From Octopus vulgaris (lineage: Eukaryota), in assembly GCA_951406725.2 (NCBI GenBank), contig OX597831.1:14260001-14324000 (forward strand): a stretch of 64,000 bases of DNA, given 5' to 3'. The notes beneath the pieces were generated by a model. That model was not told the origin of the DNA, did no database searches, and saw nothing but the letters and a program-made list of their open reading frames with translations. This document shows positions 40,732 through 55,236 of this stretch, one piece after another (within the stretch, counting starts at the first letter, position 1; each line of letters opens with the position of its first letter). The translations under genes and the position numbers were made by a program.

Positions 40732-41385
40732 ATATATATGTGTATATATATGTATATATCTATATACATATGTATATATATATATATATATACACACATA
40801 CATATATATACTCACTCTTATACACACACACACATGTTTGTCATAATTTCCTGTTTATTTTATTCAGCCACAAACTAAAAATATTTGCTTACAAAATGGT
40901 GGTTTGATGAACCAGCGTTTGTATGCATGTTCCTTATTTTCATACGTGGAAGCAACCAACCATAACCAGCTAGTACTGTGTGTGTTGGTCATGGCTGGAA
41001 AAGCATAACCAGAATAAGAACATTTTATATTTTCACATGATATGTTCGTCCTTTATTAATGTTATTGATGGTGGGGGACTGGACTTGAGGGGGTAGGTAT
41101 TGTTGTTGCTGGTCTATGTTCATTGGTATTCTAATAAGCTCCATCCAGTCTCATGCATATATGTGTATACCGGTCTATCTACCTTCATACCTATCTCTCT
41201 CTCTATATATATTTACATATATATCTACCTATCAGTCTATCTACCTACTTACCTACCTGCCTACCTACCTCTCTATCTATCTACCTACCTACCTACCTAT
41301 CTATCTATCTATCTATATATCTATCTATCTATCCATCTATCTATCTATCTATCTATCCATCTATCTACCTAGCTATCTATCTATC

Positions 41386-41467
<82 letters not shown>

Positions 41468-41530
41468 CCTACTTAAGATCGCTAGCCACTACACATACTT
41501 TATTTTCTCTCCTTGTTTCTTTCTGTGTCC

Positions 41531-41566
41531 CTTTCTGTGGAAGAGCGTAGGCTCAAAACAGTAAAG
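41531..41566 (+). ncRNA. Degenerate hammerhead-like motif (same family as 25430)
   Basis: CTTT-CTGTGGA-a-GAGC gtag GCTC-aAAAC-agt-AAAG. GAAA and the cleavage triplet are mutated. Confidence 0.45.
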
Positions 41567-42006
41567 ACTTTTTCACTTCCCGAGCATTATACTAATACAT
41601 CTGTTTGTTGTTTACACCACCTGTCTTCCTCTTTTGTTTTGTCTTCCAACCTACCTACCTATCTATCTATCTATTTATCTAGCTATCTAGCTATCCTATT
41701 TCTTTATTACCCACAAGGGGCTAAACATAGAAGGGACAAACAAGGACAGACATAGGTATTAAGTCGATTACATCGACTTCAGTGCGTAACTGGTACTTAA
41801 TTTATCGACCCCGAAAGGATAAAAGGTAAAGTCGACCTCAGCGGAATTTGAACTCACAACGTAATGGCAGACGAAATACCGCTAAGCATTTCGCCCGACG
41901 TGCTAACATTTCTACCAGCTCTCCACCTTATCTATCTAGCTATCCATCCATCTGTTTATCTATCTATATCTATCTATCGATCTATCTATCTGTCTGTCTG
42001 TCTATC

Positions 42007-42037
<31 letters not shown>

Positions 42038-42080
42038 CTATCCATCTATCTATTTTTCTGTTTATCTGTGTCTCTCTATC

Positions 42081-42128
<48 letters not shown>

Positions 42129-42554
42129 TATATATATCCCTATTGAAGGTAGATGTTAAACGATGATGATGATGTTATGTACTGCTGGTCGCGATGCACT
42201 TCCTGGCATTGTTGTAACTTTGGAATGACAGCACCTAACTGACTAGGTTGGGTAAAGGTATCTTCCATGGTGACCACCACTTAGATCGAGAGCAGAACGA
42301 GTGAAATATTTGGTTCTTGGTTACCTTTGTCCCTTTTCTTTTTCTTTTATCTTTTACTTGTTTCAGTCATTGGACTACGACCATGCAAGGGCACCACCTT
42401 GAAGGGTTTTAGGCCCCAGTATTTATGTTTTTTAAGACAGGTGCTCTTTCTATTGTCTTTTTTGCCCAACTGCTAAGTTACTGGGATGTAATCAAACCAA
42501 CACCATTGTCAAGTAAGGGACAAATACAAATACATGCACACACACACAAACACA

Positions 42555-42591
<37 letters not shown>

Positions 42592-44353
42592 GCATATGCT
42601 CATGACAGGCTTCTTGACATTTCTGGCTAGCAAATCCATTCAACACAAGGCTTTGGTTGGCCTGAGGTGTCATGCAATAGGACAGAACCCAAAACCATGT
42701 GGTTAAAAAATAAATTTCTTGCTGCACAGCCACGCCATTGCCTTTAGTGAAATTTACTTTGTTCATAACACTTGACGTAAGTCTCTGATTTTAGAATAAC
42801 TATTTCACTTCTTTGTACTAGTCTTTGGTCCATAGTCACAAGGTTGTTGCCCTACCTTCTAACTGAACAAAAACAGAAAAAACAAAAAGTGTGGCTCTAT
42901 AGTAATAAGTTTCTTTCCCAAACCACATGGTTCTGGGTTCAATCCCACTGTATGGCACCTTGAATAAGTTTCTTCTATTATAGCCCCAGGCTGACCAAAC
43001 CCTTGTGAGGGGATTTGGCTGATGGATCACTAAAAGAAACCTGTCATGTATTTATGACTGGTCATCCTCCTGCTACCGCTTTACATCTGGTGTTGGTTTA
43101 TTTACATCCTTGTAACCAAGTGGGTCAGCAAATGCAACCGATAGAATAAATACCAGGCTGTTGAAAAATAAGGACTGGAATTAATTTCTGCAGCTGAACC
43201 CTTCAATGTGGTGCCCCAGCATGGCCACAGTCTGAAGACCGAAGCAAAGATAGTACCGAATCTCTTGGATTCTTTTTCTTCTCTTTTCTTTTTTTTCTTT
43301 TACCTATTTGCACTAACTTAACTAATGGCAACTGAGAACATTTTGGTACTAATTATAAGTTTGGTGTGTTGTAGTTATCTCTTGTCTTTTTGTTTTTTTA
43401 CAAGACCGAAGTTGAAAGGGAAGACCGACAAAACGAGCAGACGAGACATAAACGAGGAAGTTGTTATTAGTAAAACAGGTAATTGTTCCCCCGAATGAAA
43501 CGAACTGATAGTGGCGTTCTTACGATGGGTATGATAGGACGATGACGAAGGCGGCGGCATCGGCGGTGGGGGGTAGTGACAACGATGGTGATGGTGGTGG
43601 TGGTGGTGGTGGTGGTGGTGGTGGTGGTGGTGGTGATGTTGGGTGTTACTGTAATTGTGGTGGTGCTGCTGCTGTTGCTGCTGCTGATGATAATAGTGAT
43701 TGTGATGATGATGATGATGAAAATGATGATGGTGATGATGATGATGATGATGACAATGATAACAGACTTCTCATTTTAGCAACAAAATGTATCTGTTGTG
43801 AAAACAAGCAGAAGGAAAGAAAGAAAAGAAGAAAGAAAGAAAGGAAGAAAGAAAGAAGGAAAGAAAGAAAGAAAGATAGAAAGAAAGAAACAGAAACAAA
43901 GACAGAAACAAAGAAATGAAAGAACACTGTCAAAGATTGTTATATATGTGTGTGTGTGTGGTGTGTATGTATCTGGATGTTTCTGTCTTTGTATGTGTGT
44001 ATATGTGCTTCTCTGTGTGTGTATGTGTGTGTGCTTCTGTGTGTGTGCGTGTGATATGGTAAGGATGACTAAACAAAACGATATTTGCAGCTTCTCTACT
44101 CCAAGCAACGAGTGATGGATGTGTGTGTGTCGGGTGGTGGGTGGCAGATGTGGAAGCGCCTCCCCTACTAAGCAAGGAACTTGTGAATTTATGGCTAAAA
44201 CTGATGATATTCTGTGATATTCAAGCCTTTCCTAAAGGAATTTAGTGCTAAACTCAACCCAAACCACTTCAAAGACAGGGCCAAAGCCAACTTCCTGCTT
44301 CCGTTTCTTTAGACTCTGCACACATTTTACTTTGCTTCAGTTCGTTATTATTA

Positions 44354-44391
<38 letters not shown>

Positions 44392-44910
44392 TATTATAAA
44401 GAAAGAAGCCCGTCGTATATATGTATATATGTTTGTGTGTCTGTCCCCCACCAACATCGCTTGACAACAGATGGGGGTGTGTTTACGTCCCCCGTAACTT
44501 AGCGGTTCGGCAAAAGAGACCGATAAAATAAGTACTAGGCTTACAAAGAATAAGTACTGGGGTCGATTTGCTTGACTAAAGGTAGTGCTCCAGCATGGCC
44601 ACAGTCAAATGACTGAAACAAGTAAAAGAGTATTATTATTATTATTATTATTATCATTATTATTATTATTTTTGTTAGTATGCGAGGTGGTGGGCATAAA
44701 TGCTTAACAGCATTTTGTTCATCTGCACGTTCTGAGTTCAAACTCCGCCGAGGTCGACTTTGCCTTTCATACTTAAAGGGCCGATAATATAAGTACCAGT
44801 TGCATGCTAGAGTCAATGTAACCGAATATCCCCCTCCCTCAAAATTCCAGGCCTTGTAGAAAGGACTATTATCATTTATTCAGTAGAAAGGTTTATTATT
44901 ATTAATAATA

Positions 44911-44942
<32 letters not shown>

Positions 44943-45179
44943 AATAATAATGGTTTCAAATTTTGGCTTAAGGCCAGCAATTCTTGGGGGAAGGATATGT
45001 CAATTAGTGCTCAACTGACTCGTATTTTTTGATCCCCAAAAGGATGAAAGGCAGTCAACCTCAGTGGAATTTGAACTCAGAATGCAAAGACAAGCAGTAT
45101 GCCACTAAGCATCTTGTCTGGCATGCTAATGATTCTGCCAGCTTCCTGCTTCAATAATAATAATAATCATAACACTTTA

Positions 45180-45405
45180 CAGATACTATACAGACAGAGA
45201 GATAAATGCCAATAGACCTGTTATTATTATCAAAGATCATTGACAAAAACACCTGCAATCAAGTTGATATGATATTACAAACTGATTGAAATCTCTCAGT
45301 TGAAGAATTCGGAAAGTTAACTTGGTTCAAAGATCTGGAGATAGAAATCAGCAGACTGGAAATTGGAAACAATAATAGTTGGAGCACCAGGCATGCTTAA
45401 AAACT
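45180..45405 (+). mobile_element. R4/Dong-clade non-LTR retrotransposon, RLE-domain relic
   Basis: Decayed TDREINANRPVIIIKD...VEEFGKLTWFKDLEIEISRL...IIVGAPGML, next to (AAT)n. Confidence 0.65.
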
Positions 45406-46087
45406 GGTCTTCAAGCTTCATCACTATCATTGTCGTCGTCGTTGTTGTTTAATGTCCGTTTTCCATGCTGGCATGGGTTGGATGGTTTGACTGAGGTCTG
45501 GAAAGCCAGGAGGCCGCACCAAGCTCCAATCTGATCTGGCAGTATTTCTACAACTTGATGCCTTTCCTAACACCAACCACTCCGGGAGTGTAAAGGGTGC
45601 TTTTTAGGTACCACCAGCATGGGAGCCAGTCAGGTGGCACTGGCATCGGCCACAACTACAATTTCCATTTGATTTTGATTTTGATTTTGGTTCATTGATA
45701 AAATAGGAAGATGTTGGATGAAGCAGTGTAAAAGCATCTACAGATGTTGGGACTCAAAGAGGGGAGAACAGAGGACCAGGATTCCTGGTGGTTTGCTCTG
45801 CTTGAGAAAATGTGGCACTGCTGAGTATGCATAGTTGTACTTGCATACACCACTTTGTTAATAATGATAATAATAATAATTTCTACACTAGACACAAGGC
45901 CCGAAATTTGGGGGGAGGCGGCCAGTCAATTAGATTGATCTCAGTATGTAACTGGTACTTAATTTATCAACCCCAAAAGAACGAAAGGTAAGGTTTGACC
46001 TCAGTGGAATTTGAACTCAGATGGTAAAGACAGACGAAATACTGTTAAGCATTTTGCCCAGCGTGCTAATGATTCTGCCAGTTCACC

Positions 46088-46132
<45 letters not shown>

Positions 46133-46390
46133 TAATAATAATAATAATAATAATAATGATAATAATAATAATAATCCTTTTTACTATAGGCACCGGGCCC
46201 AAAATTTTATGGGGAGGGTAAATCAATTACTTTGACTGCAGTGTTTCACAGGTACTTAATTTAATGACCCTGAAAGGATTAGAAGCAAAGTCGATTTTAG
46301 CAGAATTTGAACTCAGAACACGAAGATAGAAGAAATACCGCAAAGCATTTTTCCAGCTGACCACCTTAATAATGATAATGATAATAATAA

Positions 46391-46658
46391 GAGCATATGA
46401 ACAGTGAGGGTCATGCCTATAATAATTGGTGTGTTGGGAACGGTAAGCCAAGATACAGAGAAATGGCTGAAGGAGATTGGAATAGAATGTCCTGTAGAGC
46501 TCTTACAGAAAGTTTGTCTCTTAGGTACAGAAAGGATTATCAGGAGGGTTCTAAGCACTTGAATGACTGCCGGAAATTTGTGGATACCTAAGGTTGCAAG
46601 TGGTAACCTGCTTCCCTCATAAATCCTACCAGGAATAAGACCGAAGATGAGCCAAACC
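46391..46658 (+). mobile_element. R4/Dong-clade retrotransposon 3' end
   Basis: TVRVMPIIIGVLGTVSQDTEKWLKEIGIECPVELLQKVCLLGTERIIRRVLST* (stop at 46560-46562) plus 3'UTR. Flanked on both sides by (AAT)/(GAT)n. Confidence 0.78.
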
Positions 46659-47173
46659 AATAATGATGATGATGGTGATGGTGATGGTGATGGTGATGGT
46701 GGTGATGATGATGATAATAATAATAATGATAATAATAATCACCATCATCATCAACATCTTTGTTTCTTGAAGTTAGGCACTGTGCCAGAAATTTTGCGGA
46801 AGGATGCTGTTGATTATGTCAGACTCATTTCTTAACAGGTGTAAATTGGTGTAAATTAACTTCAGTGTTTAAAAGGGAGGTAACTCTAAGGTGGCAAATT
46901 GTCAAAATTGTTAAAACTTTAGTTTGTATGTCATATGTTGTTATTTTCTAAGTCTCTCTACTGTGAGTTCTAATTACACCAAAGTCAGTTATGCCTCTCA
47001 TCTTTTCAGTGTGTGTGTAAGGGAGGAGGTTTTATAAACAATAAATACATGGTGGTGTGACAGAATTGTGTGTGTGTATATGTCAAGAAGCATCTATAGG
47101 GTCCACATGACCTGCTAGAATTACCAACCAAAACCCTCTCAAACCAAATACTGTTAACCAAGGTAAAACACTG

Positions 47174-47474
47174 GACTATCATCTCTTCGGCCCCATGAAA
47201 GAGGGTTTGAGAGGCAAACATTATTCCAATGACAAGGAAGTGAAAACTGTAGTGAAGACGTGGCTCAAAGAACAGACAACAGAATTTTATGGGGCAGGAA
47301 TACATGCTCTCATTCGAAGGTGGAAAATTGCTATTGAGAGAAACAGTGACTATGTTGAGGTGTAGGGATGTGATCCACAGGGGACCAGCTTCATTTTGAT
47401 GTGTGATACATGTTCCTGTGTTGATAATTATACCTGTCCTAAACAAAATGGCATAATTTTTTGACTTACCCTTG
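47174..47474 (+). mobile_element. mariner-type transposon 3' end (same family as 5441)
   Basis: DYHLFGPMKEGLRGKHYSNDKEVKTVVKTWLKEQTTEFYGAGIHALIRRWKIAIERNSDYVEV*. Ends TTTTTGACTTACCCTTG-TA. Confidence 0.88.
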
Positions 47475-48257
47475 TATATATATCTCCAGAGGTCACAAAA
47501 GACCGATACCTCTGGAGATGTGCTGTGATTGAGAAAACCCAGCAAGTAAAGTGAGATCCCAGCTGTAGCGTACACCATTGTCACATAACCTGCCCATTTT
47601 AAAAGTGCCTTTGAATTGTCAGGCGACACGCCATGCTTGAGTAATATGAAAATCAGAATCAAAAATCAAATCACTATCAAATGGAAATTGTAATTGTGGC
47701 CGATGCCAGTGCCGCCTGACTGGCTGCTGTGCTGCTGGCACAGAATAAGCACCATTCATGCGCGAGTCGTTATCAGTGTTGCTTGACTAGCTCCCCATGC
47801 CGGTGGCACATAAAAAGCACTTTCCAAACGTGGTTGATGCCATAGCGCCCCGACTGGCTTCAGTGCCAGTGGCATGTAAAAAGCACCCACTACACTCTCA
47901 GAGTAGTTGGCATTAGGAAAGGCATCCAGCTGTAGAACCACTGCCAGATCAGATTGGAGCCTAGTGTAAGCTCCTGGCTTGCCAGTCTCCAGTCAAACCA
48001 TCCAACCCATGCCAGCATGGAAAATGGATGTTAAACAATGATGATGATATAATCCCTCATCATATTGCGGTTTCTCCTATCTTGCACTCAGTACATCGCA
48101 GATTTTTCTGGCCAAAATATGTAAATTTATATCGTGGACTCCTCCGTATACCTGGAATTCTGCGGCCGATAGGCCATTTATATTTTTTGAAATTTGAATT
48201 ATTTTTGTGGGAGGTTTTGGAACCTAACACTGACAATAGTCAAGGGATTACTGTGTG

Positions 48258-48289
<32 letters not shown>

Positions 48290-48310
48290 TATATATATAT
48301 ATATATATGG

Positions 48311-48702
48311 CAGGCACGTGCCATCAGTAATTACTCAGGGTAGGCAGTTGTTGACCTTTATGTAGTAAAACACACAAAAATAAGCAAAAGGCAGGCGTGC
48401 GACTGAGTTTACATCTGCCTTTATAGCATGTAGAGACAATGTTGTAGGAGTGTACCCAGCACGTGTGCTTCGGCATTACTATGCGTAGCTTAAATGCTGT
48501 GATTGAAAGGCAAGGGTGAATTATGCCTACCTAATCTATGAAAAAATAAAATATTTTGCATTTTATGCAGAGTAATCAGAGTAACCTTCATAATTTTATT
48601 GAATTAGGTGCATATTTTGCCATCAAGGGAAAATGTTGATATTGATCTATTTTATTCAAGGTAGGCACTGGCTACCTTGCCTACCCAGGTGGCACGACCC
48701 AG
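48311..48702. mobile_element. Probable DNA-transposon MITE
   Basis: Imperfect TIRs CAGGCACGTGCCA and TGGCACGACCCAG, with subterminal GGGTAGGCA / TGCCTACCC motifs at both ends. Flanked by (TA)n-like DNA. Confidence 0.45.
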
Positions 48703-49901
48703 ATATGTATGTATATGTAGACGTGTGGCCTAGTGGTTTGGATGTTGTTTTCAGGAATGCTACATCATTGGTTCAATTCCTGGACCAAGCTGTGCGTTGT
48801 GTTCTTGAGTAAAGCACATCATTTCTCGTTGCTCCGCAACCATTTTGACATCCGACAGGTGACACACTTGTTCACCTGTTCAGGCAATGCTGGTTTGGTG
48901 GAGGGAGTGAGCTAACGTACATCACATTTCTTTGGTCACAATAAACAAATCATTTGTGCAGGTCGGTCAGTAAACACTGAACATGCATACATCGTATATA
49001 CATACATACGTGTGTATGTGGAGTGGAGTGCTTCCATCTATTGATATCACATGATGCTTGTAAATGATTATTGTTCACCTCCAGAAACGTTAGCACGCCG
49101 GGTGAAATGCTTGGCAGTATTTCATCTGCCATTACATTCTGAGTTCAAATTCCGCCGAGGTCGACTTTGCTTTTCATCCTTTCAGGGTTGATAAATTAAG
49201 TACCAGTTATGCACTGGGTAGATGTAATCGACTTAATCCATTTGTCTGTCCTTGTTTGTCCCCTCTGTGTTTAGCTCCTTATGTGTAGTAAAGAAATAAA
49301 TCTTCTCTGAAAAGCTTGTCAAGTCCTGGAGAAATATGAAGTTGAGAGCATAATTTGAGGGATTAAAGTGTTATTTCTAGCAAGTTGAATGATCACTTCA
49401 AGGTACCTTTTTTTATTCATTTTCTTTTTTTAATAAACTCCTTAGAGTGTAATTTTAGATAGATTGTGCTGCTATTTTTAGCAGGTGGAATGATCACATA
49501 GTGGTAACCCTGGCCCTTTTTCTGCTTTATTTTTTCCCCACAGTGTTTGGTTTATGAGAGATTTGGCTATTTCTAGCAGACCATTTAGGCCCCATAGATG
49601 CCCTTCTGTATACACACACTCACACACGCACACAATGAACTCCTTGCCTTCTTTGTTTATTTGCCCTCAACCCAAACAGTGTTCTGGGTTCAGGGCAGCT
49701 GCGCATAGAGAGATCCTATCAACGGTCTCTGTGTGCTGTTGTTCTGTGGCACCAGCTACTTTCAGGGAGCAAAAGTGGTTTTGGTAGAGTGATCAAAGAC
49801 ACGGCATCTCTGTGTTGGACGTTGTCTTTCTTCAGTTGAATGAGGTCAATGGAAGAACCTTGAGATAGTTTTCACATTCAATGATACAAAGAGACACACA
49901 G

Positions 49902-49916
49902 CTACTACTACTACTG

Positions 49917-49963
<47 letters not shown>

Positions 49964-49970
49964 GCTGCTG

Positions 49971-50041
<71 letters not shown>

Positions 50042-50045
50042 GCTG
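49902..50045. repeat. (TAC)n microsatellite, about 47 units with a few TGC
   Basis: Direct reading. Confidence 0.95.
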
Positions 50046-50110
50046 TTGTTGCATGTTCACACACACACACTGATACAGAATTGTGTACATATATACATAT
50101 ATATGTATGC

Positions 50111-50141
<31 letters not shown>

Positions 50142-50192
50142 TATATATATATACACACACACATATATATATACACACACACATATATATAT

Positions 50193-50236
<44 letters not shown>

Positions 50237-50476
50237 CAACCCATGCTAGCATGGAAAACGGACGCTAAACGATGATGATGATGATGATGACACACATGTA
50301 CATATGTATATCTTTATATACAGGAGTGACTGTGTGGTTAGATGCTTGCTTCCCAACCATATGATTCTGGGTTCAGTTCCTCTGGACAGCACCTTGGGCA
50401 AGTGTCTTCTAGTATAGCATCAGGCTGACTAAAGCTTTGTGAATAGATTTGGTAGATGGAAACTGAAAGAAGCTTG

Positions 50477-50511
<35 letters not shown>

Positions 50512-50849
50512 CGCATGTGTGTGTGTGTCTTTGTATCGGTGTTTGTCCCCATCACTGCTTGGCAACTGGTGTTGATGTGTTTACATCCCTGTGACTTAGC
50601 AGCACATCAAAACAAACCCATAGAATACTTTAAAGGAAAATGTATTAGGAGTTGATTCGTTAAGATCATTTCCATTTGAGAAGGGGAGATGATTCCAAGA
50701 TTGAAGAATTCTCCAAAGTTGATGTGCCAATAAGGAAACGACACATATATTTGTTTGGAGATAGGAGGGTAGTCATGGACACCGGATTGTTTGCAAGCCT
50801 CAGCATGGTTGCAATCCAATGACTTAAGATGCATAAGGGTGCAGGTGTC

Positions 50850-51279
50850 TCTCTAGATATAAATAGCAAAATGTGTGTGTGTGTGTGTATCCTTTATACA
50901 AATCCACAATTTTTCAGTTAGAGGGCTTGCATTTTCTATAGTCATTCAAAACCGTCCAAGGGTGGTTGTGAAGATCTTTTCATTTCCCAGTTACCTCTGA
51001 AAGACAATTAAAAAAAATCAATAAACCGACCCCTTATGTTTCAGGTAACAAAAGTCTTTAATACAAGGGACGTAACTCACTTAATCCAGCTGTTTAATCT
51101 AAAGATATTAAACCATAGCAAGGGAAATAACTCTTTAAAACTCTGCATTTCCCTCCCTTTGTTATGTATCACACCTCAATACTGTACCAGACCAATTTAT
51201 CCAATTTAGGGCATGAACTGTCCCAGATTTCTGGATTTTCCAGAGCACTAGACCCGAGAACGTCGGGTCATAGTGCTAG
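50850..51279 (+). mobile_element. Non-autonomous Helitron
   Basis: Starts TCTCTAGATATAAA followed by (TG)n. Subterminal hairpin GACCCGAgaacgTCGGGTC at 51251-51269, then ends CTAG followed by T. Confidence 0.75.
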
Positions 51280-54249
51280 TATATGTATATAATTTGTGTA
51301 TAATATAATATAATGTAACATAATGTTTGTTATATTGTACTTTAGTGCAGATCTTTATATTTCTAACCTAAACTGTACGAAATAAGTGGATGTAAACACT
51401 TTGTCTTTATGTCAAATATATTCACTGAGAGAAAAGGGATCAGCTGGACTGGTTTCAATCCTGTGTTGGGATTTTATCAACAGCTTAGATATCTCTTTCA
51501 CGTCTTCAATGACATTGCTTATAAACCCTCCATTTGCTTAGTAAATTGCACAGACCAAATCGCATAGATCATGCATCCTGTTTCCTATTTCATCACTATT
51601 GTTCTGCTGTTCAGCACTGTCACTCATCTCCTGCACACCTCTCATTGCTTGTGAGCTCCACTCAGCCACTCTCATTCACTCTTCTAAAATGCAAGTAGAT
51701 ATTGCCTCACAGAGGCAATGACAAGAGACCGAGACCTTTGGAGATATGCTGTGATTGAGAAGATCCAGCAAGTAAAGTAAGATCACAGCCGTGGCCAATA
51801 CCAGTGTTGCTTAACCAGCTCATTTAAAAGTACCCTTGAATCACCTGGTGATGCACTGTGCTTGAGAGGACCTGTTGAGTCAAGTGAAATCATAGTCATG
51901 GCCAATGTGAGTACCGCCTGACTGGCACCCATGCTGGTGGGACGTAAGAAGTACCATTCTAGCATGGGCCGATGCCAGTGCCACCAGGCTTGCTCCTCAT
52001 ACAGGTGGCATATTGAAAGAACCTTATGAACATGGTCGATACCAGTGCCCCCCCGACTGGCTCCTGTGCCGGTGGCATGTAAAAAGCACCCACTACACTC
52101 TCAGAGTGCCATTTGTGTGACACTGGGATCTGCCACAACTGCAATTTTACTTGGCTTAATGGTTCCCCTTCTCAAGCACAACATAATCCCAAAGGTGTCA
52201 GTCATTGCCTCCCTGAGGCCCAACATTCGAAAGGAGCTTTTTACGTGCCACCGGCATCAACCACTTTGCTTCCGTGAGGCCCAACATTCGAATGGTGCCT
52301 TTTTACATGGTAGTTACATGACACCAGACACATGAGTAAGTATATTTAGCTGCTATTTCTAGAAGGTTGAACGACCAGATGAAGATTCTTTTATTAGTTG
52401 GAAAGTGGTTGTTTTGGGCTAAACCACTGTCGTTAGGAATCCATCTTGTCTGCGGGAGACAAAGAAAAGATACGCTAACGAGCCAGAAAAAATAAGCAAT
52501 GTTTTGTATTTTGTTTTCTTTTTGTTATATATTTTTATTATTTTTCAGCATGTGCACCTACCCCTTCCCTACACTGAAACACACATACACATGCATGTCA
52601 TCAGCATCCCCATCAACATCGTCGTCATCATCATCATCATCATCAGCTTCATTGTACCTATTTCTGCATTGTCTGGAATGAAGCCAGTTCTATCAGGTTG
52701 ACTCTTATAATCTGGTTATGGCATTAGAAAACCAGACGAGCTTTAAAGGTAGTTGTAATAATAATAATAATAATAATCATAATAATAATAATCATAATAA
52801 TAATCATAATGATGATGATGATGGATGATGAGGATGATGATGATGATGATGATAATAATAATAATATTGATGATGATGATGATGATGGTGATGAGAAAGA
52901 TGATGATAAAAGAGTAAAAAGTTGATCGTGGGCCAGAGATTAAGGAAAGAATGTTTGTCTGATAAGTAAGATAAAATATTATAAAATTTCTTCATCATCA
53001 TCATCACCATCATCAACATCTTCATTATCATCATCATCATCACTGCCACCACTACCACCACCACTACCATCATTGTTGTCATCACTATCGTTATCTCTAT
53101 TATTTACGTAAGTGATGGGAATGATTTTGTTAAGGGTGGAGAGCATCCACCCTTATCTGGAGATTGCAATAAATGTTAATAGATAGGCTCAGGTGAAGAC
53201 CAGGTGAAAAATACTAAATACGTTGGCAGTGTCATGCATGCCGGCAAGGCAAACAAGCCGTGGCTTTTGGCAAGAACATAATTCATACTTTAAACCAATT
53301 TAATGGTGGTGGTCGTGGTGGATGTTGTTGGGAAAAGTGTGTATCCTGGTTTTAGAATATGATCACTGCCTCCCTGGGTGTTGTGTGAGGCAACTAATAG
53401 TGTCGGGAGCAGGAAAAGCGTCCCACTGTAAAAGACCGAGTTAAAAAAAATAACCGTCCAACTCATACATCATCATTGTCTTCTTTTCCATGCAAGCATG
53501 AGTTGGACAGAAATTGTTGAGGCAGGTTTTCTACACGTGGATGTCCTTGCTGTTGCCAACCCTCAACTGTTTCCATTAAAGGTGATGTTTATCCCTTGGT
53601 GTATGCATTTCCACAGATGATTTAAAACAAAGGACACGACTGGTATGATGTTTCATGATGATCTCAGATCAGGTCACTTGCTGTGCAAGTACATCTCCGT
53701 AATGCACACACATATATGTATGTATGTATGTATGTATATATATATATGTATATGACAGGTTTCTATCTACCAAATCCTCTCACAAGACTATAGTCAGCCT
53801 GGAGCTGTAGTAGAAGGTACAGACCAAAGTTCCACACAGTAGAATTGAAACTGGAACCACGTGTTTGGAAAACTTCTTACCACATAATCGTGCCGGCACC
53901 TCTACATTTACAAATGCATGTTTTGTATACATGCATGCATACATGCATACATACATACATACATACATACATACATACATACATGCATACATATGTATAT
54001 AAAATGGGCCTCCACATAGTATTTTCTTTCTGTTTTTGTCCAAGAAATGTTATTCGCAAAATATTGAGTAACCCATTATCATAAACACTTGAAATATTAT
54101 GATACAAAGTGGTATCATACCCAGAACCATGTTTTCTTTGGAATTCTTTCTCCACCCAAAATTTCTTAACCCCACAACCATTCTTTTAGACATGTTGCAC
54201 TTACTCAAAGTTACTCATTCTTCAATTATTTGGCTTAGAATATATTTTT

Positions 54250-54277
54250 TACATATTTTTTTCCTATCTTTTAACAG
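54250..54277 (+). promoter_or_regulatory. Probable splice acceptor for the first GPCR coding exon (implies upstream 5'UTR exon(s))
   Basis: Pyrimidine tract tttttttcctatcttttaacAG ends at 54277, 107 nt before the ATG. A weaker alternative, tttcaaacAG, ends at 54371. Confidence 0.5.
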
Positions 54278-54384
54278 AATTTTCCAAAACTTTCATGGAA
54301 TTGGTGATGACATAAGGACGTAGAAAGTGGCAGTGGTGGTGGTGGTGGTACTGACACCCAATTTCAAACAGTAAATAAATCCCT

Positions 54385-55236
54385 ATGGACAGCACAATGA
54401 ACGTGTCAGAATGTATCGACCTGAATTCCAACGCCACTTCCTCCAAGAGCCCATGGAATTTGCCAGTAACCGTGATTCTCTCTATAGTGTCTATCATACT
54501 CATGGTTTGTATAATCGTGGGAAACTTTCTCGTGATCACAGTCATCCTACGACACAAAGGGATGCGCACCAGGACGAATCTGTTCCTGCTCAACTTAGCC
54601 ATAGCAGACTTGCTTGTAGGAATGCTAATGGCACCGTTTACCCTTATTACAATCATCTCTGGTCGGTGGATCTTTGGAGAGCGGTTTTGCAATGTGAACG
54701 GCTTCATGAATGCGCTGTGCTACATAACTTCTTGTCACACACTCATGTACATTAGTGTACACAAGTACTTTTCTATCACACGCCCGTTCAGCCGGTTCAT
54801 CACCATCTCACGCATTTTCATAATGGTGATTGCTGCCTGGACCTGGGCAATATTTTGTGCCACAATGACAATCACCGGACTGACGAGCGTCTGCTTCAAA
54901 TATGGTACTTCGCAATGCGGTCCTCTCTACCCCAACAACAAGGAAAGCTATATCCACCATACGATTATTCAAGTGACAGTTATTTTAATTCCGCTTTCTG
55001 TTATGGGATTTACCTACATCAGCATGTACCGCGAGATACGTGCACATACAAAGCGTCTACAACAGAACACCCGACTAAGGAAAGATACCATTTTAGCTCA
55101 ACAGAAGAAAGTGATCTTCACACTGTTTATTGTGCTCGCCTGTTTCATCCTTTGTTGGATGCCTTACCATATATATTCCATGTATGTCTCGCTCAATAAG
55201 GCTACGGGGAACTTTAACACCATCATGAACCCAATA
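54385..55236 (+). CDS. Class A (rhodopsin-like) GPCR, coding exon 1 (N-terminus, TM1-TM6, ECL3)
   Basis: 284 codons from ATG 54385, with an in-frame TAA at 54376-54378 upstream. N-terminal glycosylation sequons NVS and NAT. Motifs: TM1 GN (VGNFLV), TM2 NLAIADL, ECL1 WIFG, C3.25, TM3 end HKY (DRY position), TM4 W, TM5 P/Y, TM6 CWMP. Ends at a GTAAGT donor at 55237, phase 0. Confidence 0.96.

Noticed and set aside
43542-43919. Gly/Asp/Lys-rich 125-aa ORF
   Set aside because: A concatenation of (GGT)n, (GAT)n and (GAAA)n repeats.
50630-50830. Possible LINE ORF2 C-terminal relic on the minus strand
   Set aside because: Too degenerate to call by eye.
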